A stretch of DNA of 64,000 nucleotides, from positions 3,658,001 to 3,722,000 of the forward strand of contig NC_081333.1 in NCBI RefSeq assembly GCF_022539665.2, read 5' to 3'. The notes beneath the pieces were generated by a model that searched no databases, had not been told where the DNA came from, and saw nothing but the letters and a program-made list of their open reading frames with translations. This DNA comes from Daphnia carinata. Taxonomy: Eukaryota. The position numbers and the translations under genes are program-made. This document shows, piece after piece, positions 29,229 to 43,944 of this stretch (position 1 is its first letter; each line of letters starts with the position of its first letter).

Positions 29229-32200
29229 TTAAGGCTTCCATTTGCGAACGGTTTCAGCGCCATTGGTCCGCCATTCGTCTCGGCTGATTTTCGATTGCTC
29301 GTAGGTCGTTGAATTGCTCAGAACGCAAGCGCCAAGGAATGCGGCGTGATAGCGATACGGCGAAGCGTGAACCTGTGTGTCGTTAAAAATAATTGAATCA
29401 ATTGAGGTTTACGACGGGGAGCTTAGGGACGTTCTACAATACTTTAGGGATGAGATGCGACGGCGTGAGTCGATCTATTTCGGCTTCGAGCCGTTCTGGA
29501 AAGTTGGGCAGTAGGGTAACACCTCCACTTAGGAAAATACTGCGCACCATTTCCTTGCGGATGTCCACACTGCAATCCTGTAACATTTCAATTGAAAAAA
29601 AAACGATTTAGAATGATGTTTCAATAGATTTTGCTGCTTGTCTATTTACCTGAATGGCCTTGTGGACGAGTTTCTGGATTCCCGGGTTATCTAAACCCCA
29701 AGCTTCCGGATGGAAAAGACCTTCAGTCACCTGGAAACGGCCAATTTCAAGTGAAACTTCCCTGAAAAAAAAAAAAGAAGAGAACATTTAAATGACGTAA
29801 TGCTAACCTAAAATTCTTTATGAGTTCAAACTGACTCCCAAGGCAGTTGGCCGTTGCTGAACGGCTTTAGATCGACCGTGTCTCTGACGGACGACGGATC
29901 GCTCTTGGCTTTGCTCAATTCCGTGTGATAGGCGTTCGTGTCTGGACCTGCCACGTAAGCTAATTTCTCCAGTACATGGCGGATTAAATAAGATTCGACG
30001 TCGGTGAAAAGGGAGCAGCGCTGCTGGACGAGGAAGTGGCGCAGGTGGTCGACCAGTTGCTGGCCACCATAAGGCACCTGCGACGCACTCGACTCGAGCA
30101 TGTAGCCATCCATGATGGGCACAATGTCGATTCGGTCACCGATGTCCACCACAATGCCTGATGTCGAGTTGTACGACAACATACTCAAAACCGATTGGTG
30201 AGTCAGATTGACCGCTTGAAGACCGAAATCGTCAAACAGGAGACGGACCAGTTCCGCCTGGGTCGCATGGTTCAGGTGTTTTGGTACGCTCACCTACATT
30301 TTTTTTTTATCGATCAAATCATAATAATAAAAAAATATATAAACATTTAAGAATTGATTATCTAATAAATGCGGTTTTGCTTTTTATTCTTTCAAAATCT
30401 TTTAACCTGAATTCCGTAAGACGATGGCTCGATGTTCAGTTGCCTGAAGGCCGTCTGGATGAGTCCGGCCACGCCTTCCATATCCAACATAAACTGAAAG
30501 GACATTATTTAATTTTGATTACAACAATTTTCAAATATTCAATTATTGAAGGAAAGGGACAAAAAACAAATACCTTGGAAATTTTAGGGGAACGCAATGG
30601 ATGGGCGAGAGTGCTATTGGCTCGCACCTCGGGCAGAACGGCCTGTGTACCGAAAGCCACATAGTGACCGCTAGTTTTATCAACAGCAGCCACCGAGGGG
30701 AAGAACACCTGAGGTAGAGTGGCTAATTTCCCACAAGGAAAAATAAAATAAATCAATTTAAAAGAAAACAAAAACAATGTGTCAGTTTTCCCATTGGATT
30801 TCGTGATTGATTTCCACATGCGTTTATATTATTACCTTGGGCGGAGAGAATGCCGGCTCGGACGGACGATGAGCCTAAATCAAGAATGACAATGTCCTTG
30901 AATAATTTCGGTTCTTTCGGCATGGCTTGCGGTCGGACGTATGCGTGCAGCAAAGAATTTCCCTTGTAATTCACGTGGCTCAAAAGCGCCTGATACCAGC
31001 GATCCGCTTCCGCCTTCGTACTTCCTCTGACGACCATGTAATGTCCTTTCTATTTCATCCCAAGGAAAACAAAAACACATAAATAAATTCGACGATGTGA
31101 CATTCACGATGACACACGTACCCCGTCGTCGATGCTGATCATGTTGTTGTCGATTTCAACTTGGCCGCCAACCAACTGGAACACAATGTTGGGCTTTTCC
31201 GATTGGCTGTTCTGTAATGTTTCACGTCGGTCCAAAAATGAAATTGCGTTCCATGCTGTGGCTCATTTTGTTTTTTTAAATGAACAAATCGTCCTGAACG
31301 CGTACCTGGTGACAGTAAAGGTAGCCATCCTTGGCTTGGAAGAATCTGCGCTTCCAGGCGTTCCAAAACGTGGCTTTACGACGACCGGAAGGCAATTTAT
31401 CTAACGCTCCTTCGATGGCCACTGCAGCCGGATAATCTTTCCCATTCGCTTCATCGGGTATCAGCTCTTGAATTCGATACAAATCATCCAGCAGTGATGT
31501 CTAAAAAAAACAAAAAACAAATGCCTTTGAGTTAATTAATCGATTGATAGCGGGAAAATTCAAACTGACCGGGTTCCATTGGGCGGTTGAATGGCGTGGA
31601 CGGTACATGTCGTAGTCTTTGTCCTTGTCGTTCATATCGATCAGAATGATGGGCTGGATCAAACTGATCACCGACGATGAATGATCTTTTTTCGGTAAGT
31701 GTTCCAGCATGCTGGCCGACGAGTGATTGCCGCTGGATGAACTACCCGAACTGGCCTGGCCTGAGCTGCTGGCCGAGCTTATCGTGCTCGTAATTTCATC
31801 CAGGCTGCCGAGGCTGCTGCTCCGGCTGCGTTCGGCCTCCGTCGACGATGCCGAATCTTGCTGATGGAAGTTGCTGGTCGACTTCCATTTGCGGACGGAC
31901 GCAGCCGGATCTTTGACGCTGTCGCTCAATTTAACGGCGGCCCGGCCTTGTTTCAGTTTAACGTCACTCTGCAGCATTATGCTTTTCGATTCGAACTGGT
32001 TGCGCAACACTTTGACGGACGGCAGGAACTTCTTCATGCGGCGGATGGTTGAATTGTAATCCATGTTGTGATCCTTCGATGACTGCACGCTCACTAATTC
32101 ACGAACATTGGCCTGCAATTTTTCAAATGTAAATTTTAGGGAATTGATTTTTAATTTCTGGAATTCTACGAATTGAATTGAGCGGAGCGAAGGGGGGGGG

Positions 32201-35200
32201 GCTGTAGTTTAACTCTTACCGAAATGTATTTATAAAGCCGAATTTCCATTGGATTTAACAATTAGAGAAAGGGGACGATAAGAGAACAAAGTTGTTGCAT
32301 CTTTCGTTTCAATGATCACACTGGCCGTTTGATTGTTTTCATTTTTGATAGTGGTCAGTAATAATCTAGGTTGTTTTCACTTTGCAGAAAGAGTGTCAGG
32401 GGTGGAGAGTAAATGCTGCATTATTTTTATTTTTTATATATAATTCATTCAACCGGTCAAGCGACACGTAAATCGAGTGCGGCCATTTCTCTTCATGCGC
32501 AAGGACTATCTGGATCACGAACGGCCTCATTGTTTTTTTTTCCGCTTTGCACATCGTGAAACGTAAAAAGACAGGTAAACAGCAAGATGGCCGCCTCTGT
32601 TTCACCCCAATTATTTTCAAAACTTTTACTTCTTAAAAAGAATCTATTCTCTTTTTTTTTGCCAAACGCGATTTGAGAGTCAATGATAATGTGTTCACGT
32701 CTATTCAAATCTTTTTTTATTTGTTTTTATTTTTACCTCCCGATGTGAATTAATGCCGCGGGAAATGGTCTAGCCATCGCTTTTCATGGCAAGGATAAAC
32801 GAAACTAAACGTGAAAAAAAAAAAAAAATAAATAAATAAAAAAGGAGAACATCTGGCGCATCTTTGTAATAACGAAAACGTGTGAATCCAATTGAGAGAA
32901 ATAAAGAGAGGGGTGGACGTCGACGTGCTAACAACGCAAGCGTGACTCACGATGAGTACACAACACACTTTGGTTTAATTTTGTTGAGTGGGAGGGCCTT
33001 CGGGTTATTAACGTCAAATTCAATAGTGATTTGGCTGCGCATGGCTACGTGATATATTGTGCGATACGAGCACACGAGAACGCAAAGTTTGTTGACGCAG
33101 AGGACAGATGGCCCAAACCCGTGTTTTGCATAATTTCAAACGGAAGTCTGAGCAAACGTACGTTTTAAAATAATGATCAAAAAACAAAAGAACATGCTGC
33201 AATTGTTTACCTTTGTGGTTTTGTGACTGTTTCTCTGTCGCAGCGTTTCGCAATAAATTTCGATGCACCGATCCTTTTGAATCCGTTCCTCTTGAGCGGC
33301 CGGATCGCCTTCTTTAACTAGTTTTTTTACAAAAGATATATTTTAATATAAAACAAATGAAAACACAAATTTAAAAGACTGGAGGAGTTGATCGCTAAGA
33401 GTGCCGATGATGACTGGCACATTTTTCATGAAGATTCTTCCCTAGCATTTTTGGCGTTATTTTCATTTTTGTTTTTTTCGTTCAGAATCGTGAGAAAATC
33501 AGAAGAGAAAGCATTTTCCGATTCCGGAAAGACAACAATACAAGTAAAAAAAAAAAAAAGGAAGAAGGGGGGGGGGGGGGGGTGGATGAGGAAAAGTTTT
33601 GCTTCGATATACCCGAAAAAAAGTGCCAGACTTTTAAGTGCCGTGATTCTCATCCGGCACATCATTGGCAACCAGCCGTGAATTAAATAAAGATTTAATT
33701 TTTTTTTTTTCAAAAACGACTATGTTTTTCACAACAACAACGAAAAATTCCTCTCCCTTCCCAAACAAGAAAATGGAAATCAGAAAAAATTCGTCGTAAA
33801 AAAAAATATATTAGAATTCGATTTGATATGAATGACTATGTATAGTACCGGGTATAATGTCGTTCGTCTGTTGGAGTGGAACGGCTTCGTCGGTCGGCTC
33901 ACGAGGCGCTTTGTTTTTGCTGGTCGACTTGTTTCGGCTCTTCTTTTTCCTCGGCTGGATCACTGCGACATTCGAGTAGCAATTCTCCTCGGGCGATTCG
34001 ACCAGCCCAAGTACCTCTTGCGCTTCATCCTGTTCCTCTTCAGTGATAACGCCTAATCCTGATTTTTTTTTTTTTGTTTAAATCGTTCATAAAAGCCACG
34101 ACAAGAATGAAATCCCGTTAGAAGAAAGGAAATCAATTTTCTATATGTATGTGCGCGCATTGCAAGCAATAAACAGTTAGTTTCATATGAAGATGAGGGA
34201 CGAAGAAGAGCGTATTTGTTTTTCGCATGGTGGGGATCGTATACCTTTAGGGGAATCGAGTTCTGTGCCGATGCCTTCGTCGGGCGATGATCCCGACCGC
34301 AGTTCAGTTAGTCCGTCGTCGATATCATGGTCTTTTTTTTTCGAGAGGACAAAAGCCAAAAAAAAAAAATGTAGATATTAAAAATCAAATAGAAAAAACG
34401 GTGTTTTTCACGTATTCACGCATGTGGTTTAAAAAGCCTCCCCCCCCCCTCAGGTGATTAGTTTGATTCATAATCATGTTTCAACGAACTCATAAGCAGC
34501 AGATGCTGTTTTTGATGCACAACCGACAACAAGAAGGAAGGAGTGCTGACCGCTGGATGTGCTGTCGCAGCCCCGACAGCAATAAAACTTGGTATATTAT
34601 TAAAAGTAGAAGAAGAAGAAGAAGAAGAAGAAGAAGCAGTTCAACGAACCGAAAACTACTGGCCAACGACCCCGCCTCTTCAGCCCGCTTACTGCACCAC
34701 TAACCGGCCAGAAACGTATCTCTTTTCAGTTCTTTTTCTCAGCCAAAAAGATTTAGCGTCAGCTTGTTTCGAAATCTCGTAAATCATTCAAAATATGCTG
34801 ATCTTCCATTTTTTTTTAAGAACTAGTTTAACAATGTTTCAAGTCAGAAAGATGAAACAACCTTACCCGGAGATTGATCGCCGTCCAGCGAATCGGCGTC
34901 GCAATGATGGAGGTGCTTGCGGCTGGCGTTGAGCAGCAGACGGGCAGAGAGCGGGATCAAGCCTTTAGGGTAGTCGTAATCACTGTCCAGAGGCAGATTG
35001 TTGTTGTTGTTGACGTGGTTGAGGTTGTTGCCGCCAATTCGTGGCTGATCATAGATATTGGTGGCAGATGAACGAGGAATGTCGTAAGTACGGATGTTGA
35101 GGTATGTGTGATCGTCATCGTCTCCCTCGTCGATGGCATGCACGTCGTGATGATCGTCGAACGTCACATTCTGATAGTGCGATTGTACCACCAGCGAAGC

Positions 35201-35873
35201 CTTTTTGCTCTTGCCTTTGCGCACGGGCTTGTCGTAACTGTAACGAATCAAATGTTTTGCATGCCAATGACATTGGAGGTTTCGCTGTTGTTCCGTCTTC
35301 CTTTGCGTATGACGGGGCTTAACAATAAACCGCTAAAACTATCGTCATTCGATATTCGTTGTTCCGAGCGTCGATGATTGTGCGGGATATCAGGACGTGG
35401 GGAGGGCATGATCAATCAATAGACCTTGAAATGCGGTCTCACTTTTTTAGCTTTTGATTTTGTTTTTTAGAGAAGATTAAATTGCGGTGGGGATTGAAAT
35501 ACAAGAAGCACTTTCATTGTGGAGTGGAAATTCAATTCTTTTGAATTTCGAATTGAAAAAAAAAAATCGAAATTCGTTTAACTTACATGTCGTCCATGTT
35601 CTGGTAAACTGCGCGGCTGTCGATGTTCTGGTAAGTGTTATCGCCGGCGGGCTCTCCTCGCGGTTTGACGACATCGTAAAGATGATCTTCCTCACTGACT
35701 CCGTGCAGCGATTCGGCTATGTTGCGAGGCTGATCGTAAAGGTAGGCGTCTTGCTGATGATTAGCGACATCCGAAGCAGCGCTGCACGACGAAGATGATC
35801 GACGACTTTTGCTTCCGGCAGGTCTCTTTTTCCTCGTCTTCGGCGGACCACTCGACTCCGTACTGACCACCAT
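29229..35873 (-). CDS. Multidomain protein: low-complexity Tyr-motif N-terminus, Ser-rich linker, PH domain, C-terminal actin-fold domain
   Basis: Frame-compatible exons from MVVSTESSG (35873) through ~34.9-35.2k, 34.3k, 33.9k, 33.3k and 31.6-32.1k. PH: IEGALDKLPSG...AWKRRFF...EADRWYQAL. Actin fold: IVILDLGSSSVRAG, SGIVVDIGD, IFLSGGVTLLPNFPERLEAEI, AAFLGAC. Confidence 0.75.
34608..34636 (+). repeat. (GAA)n microsatellite, intronic
   Basis: About 9.7 perfect AGA/GAA units. Confidence 0.9.
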
Positions 35874-38800
35874 TTTGTTTTTTGTTTTCTCTTTCTATCT
35901 AGTCTAATGCCAATAATCTGGACAAAAAAAAAAACAGATAAAAAAATAAAAAAGGAGTCCGTGTACAGTTCCCTGATGCAGATGAAAATGGCAAGAATTC
36001 ACGCGCACAGTGCGACAACGGTAAAATCCGCGAGTGGAATGATCTGTCTGCTGCCGGATAATTTGCCGGATGAGTGCCCGCGGAAATAACCACGGCTCTT
36101 TTTTTTTCTTCTTACCATCAGGCCATCTTCCTTTTGCTATTTTTATTAGCCATATTATTATTTTTTCTTTTGTTTTTTTTTTCCCTTTTTAGTGGCAAAA
36201 GAACAACTGCGGTCGAATTCCGTTATATTTGCATTTGCCTTCGCCATCCGGCAGCGAGAGACATTCCGTGATCGCACATCTTTTCCATCATTTTCCCCAA
36301 TGCGAAACGAAATAGAAAGAAAAAGGAAAAGAACGAGGAAAGGGATTGATCGTAAAACGTGATTGGACTATCGAGCGCATTAAACTTGCGCTTCTGTCTG
36401 CGTGCGTGTGGTAAATGTGCGAAAAATCTGCAGTTGGCTTCCAGCTTTTTAATTTGTTGAATTTTTTTCCCACAGACGATGTTTTACAAGAATCCCAGCT
36501 ATTTAATTGTGTACGTTTGTTTCAATTGCAAATTGCTTCCGTTGTTTCTAATCGAATCTGATGCGCACGCACCTCTTCTTCTTTTAATATCCTTGTTTTA
36601 ATTGCACAAGTTTCGGCGGTGATTCATTAAGCATGACATTGTGTAGAAGGTCGAGTTTTTTTTAAATCAAATGGGACGTGGCGTGATTTGAATATTAATC
36701 AATTCTGTTCGAATTTCGGATGAATTGTCAATGCCATTTCGTGAGAAACTTGAACCAATTTTCACTACGTCCAATCACGCTAGCCACACACTCGTGTTTT
36801 TTTGTTTTGTTTTTTTGTTTTCAAAGACAATTCGCTGAACCGTGTCGAGCTGATTTGAACCGGAAATAATTTTTTTTTTCTTTCTTCGAGTGGAACGGAG
36901 TCGTGTATAATTATCCGCTATTGTGTCGCTGTCTCTACTACACCTGCACCCCTTCGTGTCAAAGAACATACGGAGGGACTATGTCTCCATTTCTTTGTCT
37001 CCCATTGCCCCGTTCGCCAGCTTGAAGAAGAAAAAAAAAAACCGCACCTGGAAACGTCGCACACACATTTTCGAAAAAGCGCATGTATATTCCCTTTGAA
37101 AATAATGGAAGACTTCCTGTTATTTCCATCCTCCCCCCTCCCTTCTTCTTCCCTGTTTCAACCACTCTTTCTTTTGTCTGACAGTTTGCCTGTCCAGCTT
37201 TCCTTATCCATCCTCATTCACTTTTTTTTTGTATTTCTTTATTTGTTTCAAACTTTCATTAAAACTAATTTAAAAATCAATCAAAAAGGTAATGGTATTT
37301 TACCTGTCCGTTGGTGTCGCTTCCGTCAACTTCCTTTAATTAATCGAAGAATGATTCACTTAAAAAAAACAAATCACCATTGGCACTAAAAAAATCGAAA
37401 TCGTTCGAATAACAGCCTGTAGTGACGTAATTAACAAAAAGTATCTTCTTCGAGACAAAACCAAATGCGCGTCCTATCACGAGCAAAGCCGTAGGTGAAC
37501 TGAACGGTCGCTTCCAACGCACGGCGCAGGTAGCATCGACACGCACGCAAACACTGTGTTTTTTTTTTTTGTTTACTGTCTGTGTCTGTGTCTCTTCCCT
37601 TGAGTTGGGTGGGCCTGTGGCACAGGTGCTAGTCACGTGACTGTTTCGGCTGACTCTAGAGCAATCCTGTGTGCGACGATAACTATCCGAAAAGCAATGT
37701 CAGCTGGCTTTCTGCCCGCCTTCGAAATAGTTCCGACAGCAGCCATTGTTCTCGTCGTTTGTCTTCTACCATTCTTCTTTTAATAATATTAAAAAAAAAA
37801 GAAAAGGCAGGGAATAATAATGTGTGGATCCCTTAGGAAAAAAACAAAAGAATATAGACGAACACGCACGAGCAATTGCGCAGAAGCGGAGGATGAAATG
37901 AATTTTTGAAGATCGGATGTCGTTTGAAATTGGGCCTTTTTTTTCTCTTCATCTTGCTATGATCTGTAATAAATAAACATGAAACGGTTAGTTGTTTTGG
38001 GGGGGCCAATCATCGCTGTTGGAAATTTCCCTGGTAAGTGCCGCTATTTACATGTACGTAGTGACGTATCTTATTATTTTTTTATTTGGTCACGGTGGAC
38101 AGAAGAGGTTCACGCAGTATTGACGATGAGAACAACATTTTTATAGGAGGCGCGTTTGGAATGGGTGTTTTCCTGCTTTTGTTTCTCTGTGAAATCTCTG
38201 AAAACAATTTCCTCCCCCTTTAACGCAGTGCAACAATCAACGGTACACTGACTCCGAGTGGCATGCCAAAGGCTCCCTTCCAACTATCGTTTTTTTCCCC
38301 AACTTGCACGTATACTTATTATAAACTAAACAATTTATTTGCGATTTGAACTGTTAAGAGAAAAAAAAATGGCGTTCTTTAACCCCGGACTTGGGGAGGT
38401 TACCATTCATTATTCATAAATTATCATTAATATGTATTTTTTTAAACCTTTAATTATGTTAGATCAGGTACATTTTTACCCCCTGAAAAATTGTATTCAT
38501 TCTTCCACAATCATTTTCCGTACTTCGTCCCTTCTTCGGAAATTTTTTGAAAGTGCCGATTGTAGTGCATGGTAACATAAAAAAAAAAGGCTGAGTGTTT
38601 AGGCACCACCGTTTCCCATAATGAAGATTACATAATAGGGAAACTGAACGGCATTTAACGAAGGGATAATTACGGCAAAAACAATCACACATTTTTTCGT
38701 TTTGAAAAAACGGAACTCTTTATATGCGGCGCGCGTCCATTATTCGTAATGAACAACTGCTGCTGCCTTCCGAATCAACACTTACAAACAAAAAGCTTAA

Positions 38801-41160
38801 AAGGAAAAAATAAAAACGATTCTTTTCGCGCGAGCAAGATTCTCTCATGTTCCACCGGTTCTACATTTCGCGTGAGATTTGATCATCAAATTGATGAAAA
38901 ACTCCCAAACTCGCCATTCCCCCCCCCCCCCCCCCCCCGTGGTTTCCCAACATCATCACCTGTTTCTTTGTTTTTCTTATATAGAAAATGCTAGCTAGAG
39001 CGGATGTCTGTCGTCAATGACAACCGTCTATAGCATCATTTTATTTTTCCGGAGAAATGTCAACAACAAAAGAGCCGGAACTAGAGAGGGTGTGCATGAC
39101 CGTGACTGTCCAGTTCCCTTTCGTTATACAAGGAAAAATGGTAACACAAAACATTGATTCATAATGTATCGAGCTTAGTCCGTGACGTCACTCTGTGCTC
39201 CGGATATTGGAGCTTATTTGCATTTCTCGTTCAAGTGCAAATTGTATACAAACGTGTGTTGATGGTAATGCAAATGGATAGTGGAGGTAGTAACGTTATA
39301 AAGGAACTCACGATCAACTATAGACTAGCCTTTAAATTATACAGTCCGTGAGAGTTAAAAGGGAATTTTAGCTTCTCACCTTGATGTGGGGACGAATACA
39401 TAAAGCGTTTGATACGTGTCCTCGATCACCCTAGTGAAAGCTCGGACCGTCTTTATAATTTGTTTTTTTTTTCTCGTGTCTTGAATAAAATAAAAAGGGC
39501 CTTTTTAACTATTATGTAATGGTGTGTCTCCCATATTAATCTTTAGGTTCGTCCTCAATGGCCGGCGTGAACAAAATTTTATTTACGTCGTTTATTTGTT
39601 TGTCTTAAAAGATGGGAGCGTATGAAGAGACATGGTGAGAAAATACTATTTTTTAAAAAAAAAATTTTATATATATTTTTTTTGTTTTGTTTTAAACATC
39701 GGCACTTGCTCGACCATTACAATCGGCCACAACTGTGATTGATTGTGTTAAACGTTTTTGTTCAGCGCCTCGTGTAAGCTGTCGGTTGAACCCCCGACTG
39801 AGTTGGCGGAACTAACTGTTGGCAAGAATATCTTACGAAACAATAAAAAAAATAAGAATTTGGACAATGAATGAACGTTAACTTTATTCACGTTAACTTG
39901 TTCTATTCAGTTCAGTTGCGCTCTTGAATTTGTCTGTGAATTCTCGAGGTATTTTTCAGCACAAAAAAAAATAAAAAGATTTGCATATACAATAGCATGA
40001 AATGTCATCGAATCGTTTCCTGTCATGGCTGACCAGCTGAACAAATTATCATCTACAATGTATTGATTTCCTCGGGACAATTTTTGAACGTTGCAAAAAA
40101 ACGTTCCGGAATTCCACTTGGCTGATCGTTGACGTATCTGCGATTCATTGACAGTTTCAAGGCCCAACGTTCCACGCACAAGAAGAATCAAACCGGATAA
40201 ATGTATAAATCCTGATTCTGTTCAGATATAAAATATTTTTTTAAAAAGATTTATTCAGATGTAGAGTTAAGCAGTGCGTGAAGGTGATGAAAACACCAAG
40301 GCTACATGCTGATTGTTATATCTGTGCGGGTTCTATAACCTGTGGATTGGATCGTACCGCAGATTGAGTACAATTCTCTTGATTTTGAATTTGATTTATT
40401 TCAAATCGCATTGATCAAACTGACATTGGTGCGATATTTTAAGCGTTAGGACTGTGGTATTTTTTACAAAACATTGCGGCGTTCAATTTGGCTATTGGGA
40501 CCCTCAGGTTGTCGATTACGTAACCCACCTTTAGGTAAGTCGCAGCTTACCACACCTTACATCAAGAGTGTATGGCAGAATTTTCTTGATTTTCTTTCAG
40601 ATTTTTGTTTATCGTAGTTGCCTTGAAATGTTCCATTTGGTTGTGTTTATTGCCGGCTACACGTTTCCACATGCAAATTTTGGCAACCTTTCAACGATCG
40701 TGTAATTGTGTGCGAACTGCCGTAACTCATTGCTATAATAGTCTGTGCAATAAAATTTGATGACGAAACGCTTAAAGTTGTTTAGAAATGTATTTAAAGA
40801 ATAACTGTTGAGTGTTAAAAATTGAGAATTGTTTTCCGGTAATGTTCGCAAACTTAAATTGCGTTCCATGACGTTTGCCTTCCTTCGGTGAGTAAGTGAA
40901 GCTTAAACTTCTCTCTGACGTCAGTAAGATTTGATGCTTTTCTCTGGGCTATATTTTAACATATTAAGCATTAAGTTAAATACAACATGGTCTTTGGGCA
41001 GTTCTTGAGTAAAAAATGTATATATTCAAGGACGGTAGAGTAGCTGGGACAAGCGCATCTGAAAGGCATTTGTATCTTCGTGGCTGACAAATACTTGGCT
41101 TAATTAGGTTCCTATTTCGATTTTTCATCGTTCAGTGTGATCCTGTAGAAAACAAAACGC

Positions 41161-41240
41161 TATTCACGGTTGAGCGGCGTCGGGGACTTCCCCCTAGGCC
41201 CTGCCCGTGCTCGTTTTTGGTCCGTAGATCGAGGCGGAAG
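41161..41240 (+). repeat. Left copy of an 80-bp GC-rich inverted repeat (partner at 49881-49960)
   Basis: 76/80 identical to the reverse complement of 49881-49960, with no indels. Confidence 0.9.
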
Positions 41241-41695
41241 AAAGACACGACGTTCAGCGTGACGTAAAGGCTACGTCGCCATTGAGCTACTCTGCGTAGG
41301 GGGTACGGTATTTCGACTCCAGGATGAGACGTTTCCCAGGAACCACTGAGGAACCGTCCCAACTCAGTTTCGTTTCATAAAACGGAAAGAACCGATGGCG
41401 GTGTGAATCGGGTTCGGTACGCACCCTACCGTTGGCATACTAAATTATGTTCCATTTTATAAACTAAAGGAACTTCCAACGAAACTTCGTCAGCACATCC
41501 ACAGCTCCAACTGCACATTAATTCAACATCAGTGGACTCACCTGAACAGTTGTCGGACCTTATGTTTTGGATGCAATAGGAGTTTTTTGGGTTTTTCCCT
41601 TACAAGTGAAAGTAAAATATATCGCAGCACAAGCCGATGCGCAGCGTAGTCTATGACGATCTAACCGACGAAGTAGTTTGCATTATTTTAAGAAG

Positions 41696-43009
41696 ATGAA
41701 AAACATTGGGGTTACCGCTTGCCAGTCCCGTTCAAAAGCCCAGTTTTGTTTGATTGTGATCATCCTATTGCTGATCGTATTTTTGTTTTTGCATTCTGAA
41801 AAAGTGATACACCATCATTATCAAGAGTCACAGCAAAATCAATTGGTCAATAGCGCTCCGGTAACATCTAGATATCCGGCTTCGAATCGCAGTTACAACT
41901 TGATGGAAGAAAACGTTTCACCAGGACAAGAAAGCCAAGGCAACAGTGAATGCTCCCTAGGTTTGCTGCAATCGAAATTTTATTTGATTTGATTGTTTTT
42001 TCTATTTTACTTTCTGATGATTGTGCAGATTACATGAATAGCCAGAAATTGCCGCAGGATCATCCTTGCGTTATCGAGACGATCCGGCAACATTACTTGA
42101 ATAAACCTTCACCACCGAGCATCCCACTGAAATTGGACTCTGATGACGACAAGGATCGATCGCCTGGTCAAACGGGTGTCATTTTAAGGCTATTGAAAAA
42201 TAAAGTACGATTGAAAGCTCAAGATTCTTAGATTTCTTTAATGTGACTACTTTAATTTGTATGAATCTGTATGTGCAGACAGATGGATTCTTCGTAGAAT
42301 GCGGAGCCCTGAATGGTGAATACATGTCGAATTCACTCGATTTAGAAAGGAAATACAACTGGAGTGGAATACTGATCGAAGCCAATCCAATTACTTTCCA
42401 AAAACTCTTGTCACGTAACCGAAAAGCGTGGACGCTGCCCATCTGTCTCAGTTTAGAACCGTATCCTACCGAGGTTTAGTATAATCAAAATTTGAATACC
42501 TAAGCCATCAGTTCAAAATGTTTCCCATGCAGGTTATATTTCAGCCAAAGAGTGGTGATCCTGGACACAGTCATATTGAAGCGGATACATTACAGAAACC
42601 TGGAATACCGGGCGTCGATCCTGATGCGGTTAAAGTTCAGTGTTTTCCGTTTTATTCCGTTTTGTTGGCAGTCGGGCGGACAGACGTGGATTTTTTTAGT
42701 CTCGACGTCGAAGGACACGAACTGCAAATACTCAAGACCATCCCCTGGCACAAAGTTGACATTAAGGTACATAAAATCAAAAGTGATGGCAAAGTTGCGA
42801 AAATTGTTTTAAACACCGAATATTTTTTGCTATTTTTTTTTCCCCTCTTGTATGTCATAAAGACGTTGACTGTTGAATGGGACCACATCCCGGAAGGCCA
42901 GGAAGCGTTGTCTCGTTTTTTGGAAGACAGTGGGTTCATGAGGATTGGAGCATTTGATTTTCAGTTCACCAGAGATGTCATCTTCGTTAAAGATTTGATT
43001 AATATCTGA
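41696..43009 (+). CDS. FkbM/Methyltransf_21 family type II membrane protein (Star-like), 5 exons
   Basis: N-terminal TM FCLIVIILLLIVFLFL; GFFVECGALNGEYMSNSL, WSGILIEANP, VQCFPFYSVLLAVG, DFFSLDVEGHELQILKTIPW. Confidence 0.9.
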
Positions 43010-43944
43010 TGAACGATTCTTGTGTTTCACTCGTCTCTTGAGCAAAAATAAAATTGCTAGACAATGATAGTTGAAAATGGAATGTGAATCAATTTTAGGT
43101 TAACTGAATTTAATTCTGTATCCTACATATTTTGTACGCTCCTATTTTCAACGGTAAGTAGTCAAATGAGTTGCTATAATAGTGGTAATTCGGATCAAAA
43201 TCGATTTATATAAAGGTGCAGGACGATGCTAATTTCCAAAAGTTTAATATGCTTTTAAGTCGATCAACGACTAATTCGAATTAAAGTCCCCCGGTGGCGA
43301 ACGTGGCAAGTTTTCGAGTATTAGTGACATCGCACGAGGGAAATGAAATTTTAAGCCCGACTAAATAAGCCCGACTTTTCTCTGTCGGGCTTTAAAAATT
43401 TTTCTGCAAAAACTGACACTCAACGGAATTGGTTGAATATCACAGGATATACTCAAAATTGGATGCTGATTCCGGAAAAAAAGCTATTTTTTTTTCATTA
43501 AGTTAATCGTTTTTGAAAAAAACCGAATATTTGACGCAACGCTAGCGCTGATGCAGTAGAAATATTCGGTGTGTGTACGTAGAGTATTAACTAGAAATGG
43601 GACCGGTAGATGGCGATATCAGTAAAACAGGAAAAAATACCAAAAAAAATAAAAAATATGGCAATCCGTTAAAAAAAAAAAAAAAAAAAAAAGATGGCGA
43701 AACAAGATGTTTTTTTTTATGGTAAAACGGATTGCCTTTATGGCAATCCGTTTTACATAAAAAAAAAAAAAATGGCGGAAAAAAAATAAAAAATCACACT
43801 TTTTTCTTTTTTTCCGACACGTAGCCATCTACCGCTCAGACTCATTATTACTGGCGTAGGCAATTTCAGTCCATTGGATGCCATTCGCAGTTAGTTAAGT
43901 AGCGTGGATGGAGAATAACGCGTGGCTGGAGGAACAATTGAAAA

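Noticed and set aside
36000..41100. Numerous 60-100 aa ORFs and homopolymer runs (e.g. C20 at 38919-38938)
   Set aside because: Low-complexity F/K-rich translations of A/T tracts in intronic or intergenic DNA; no coherent exon chain.
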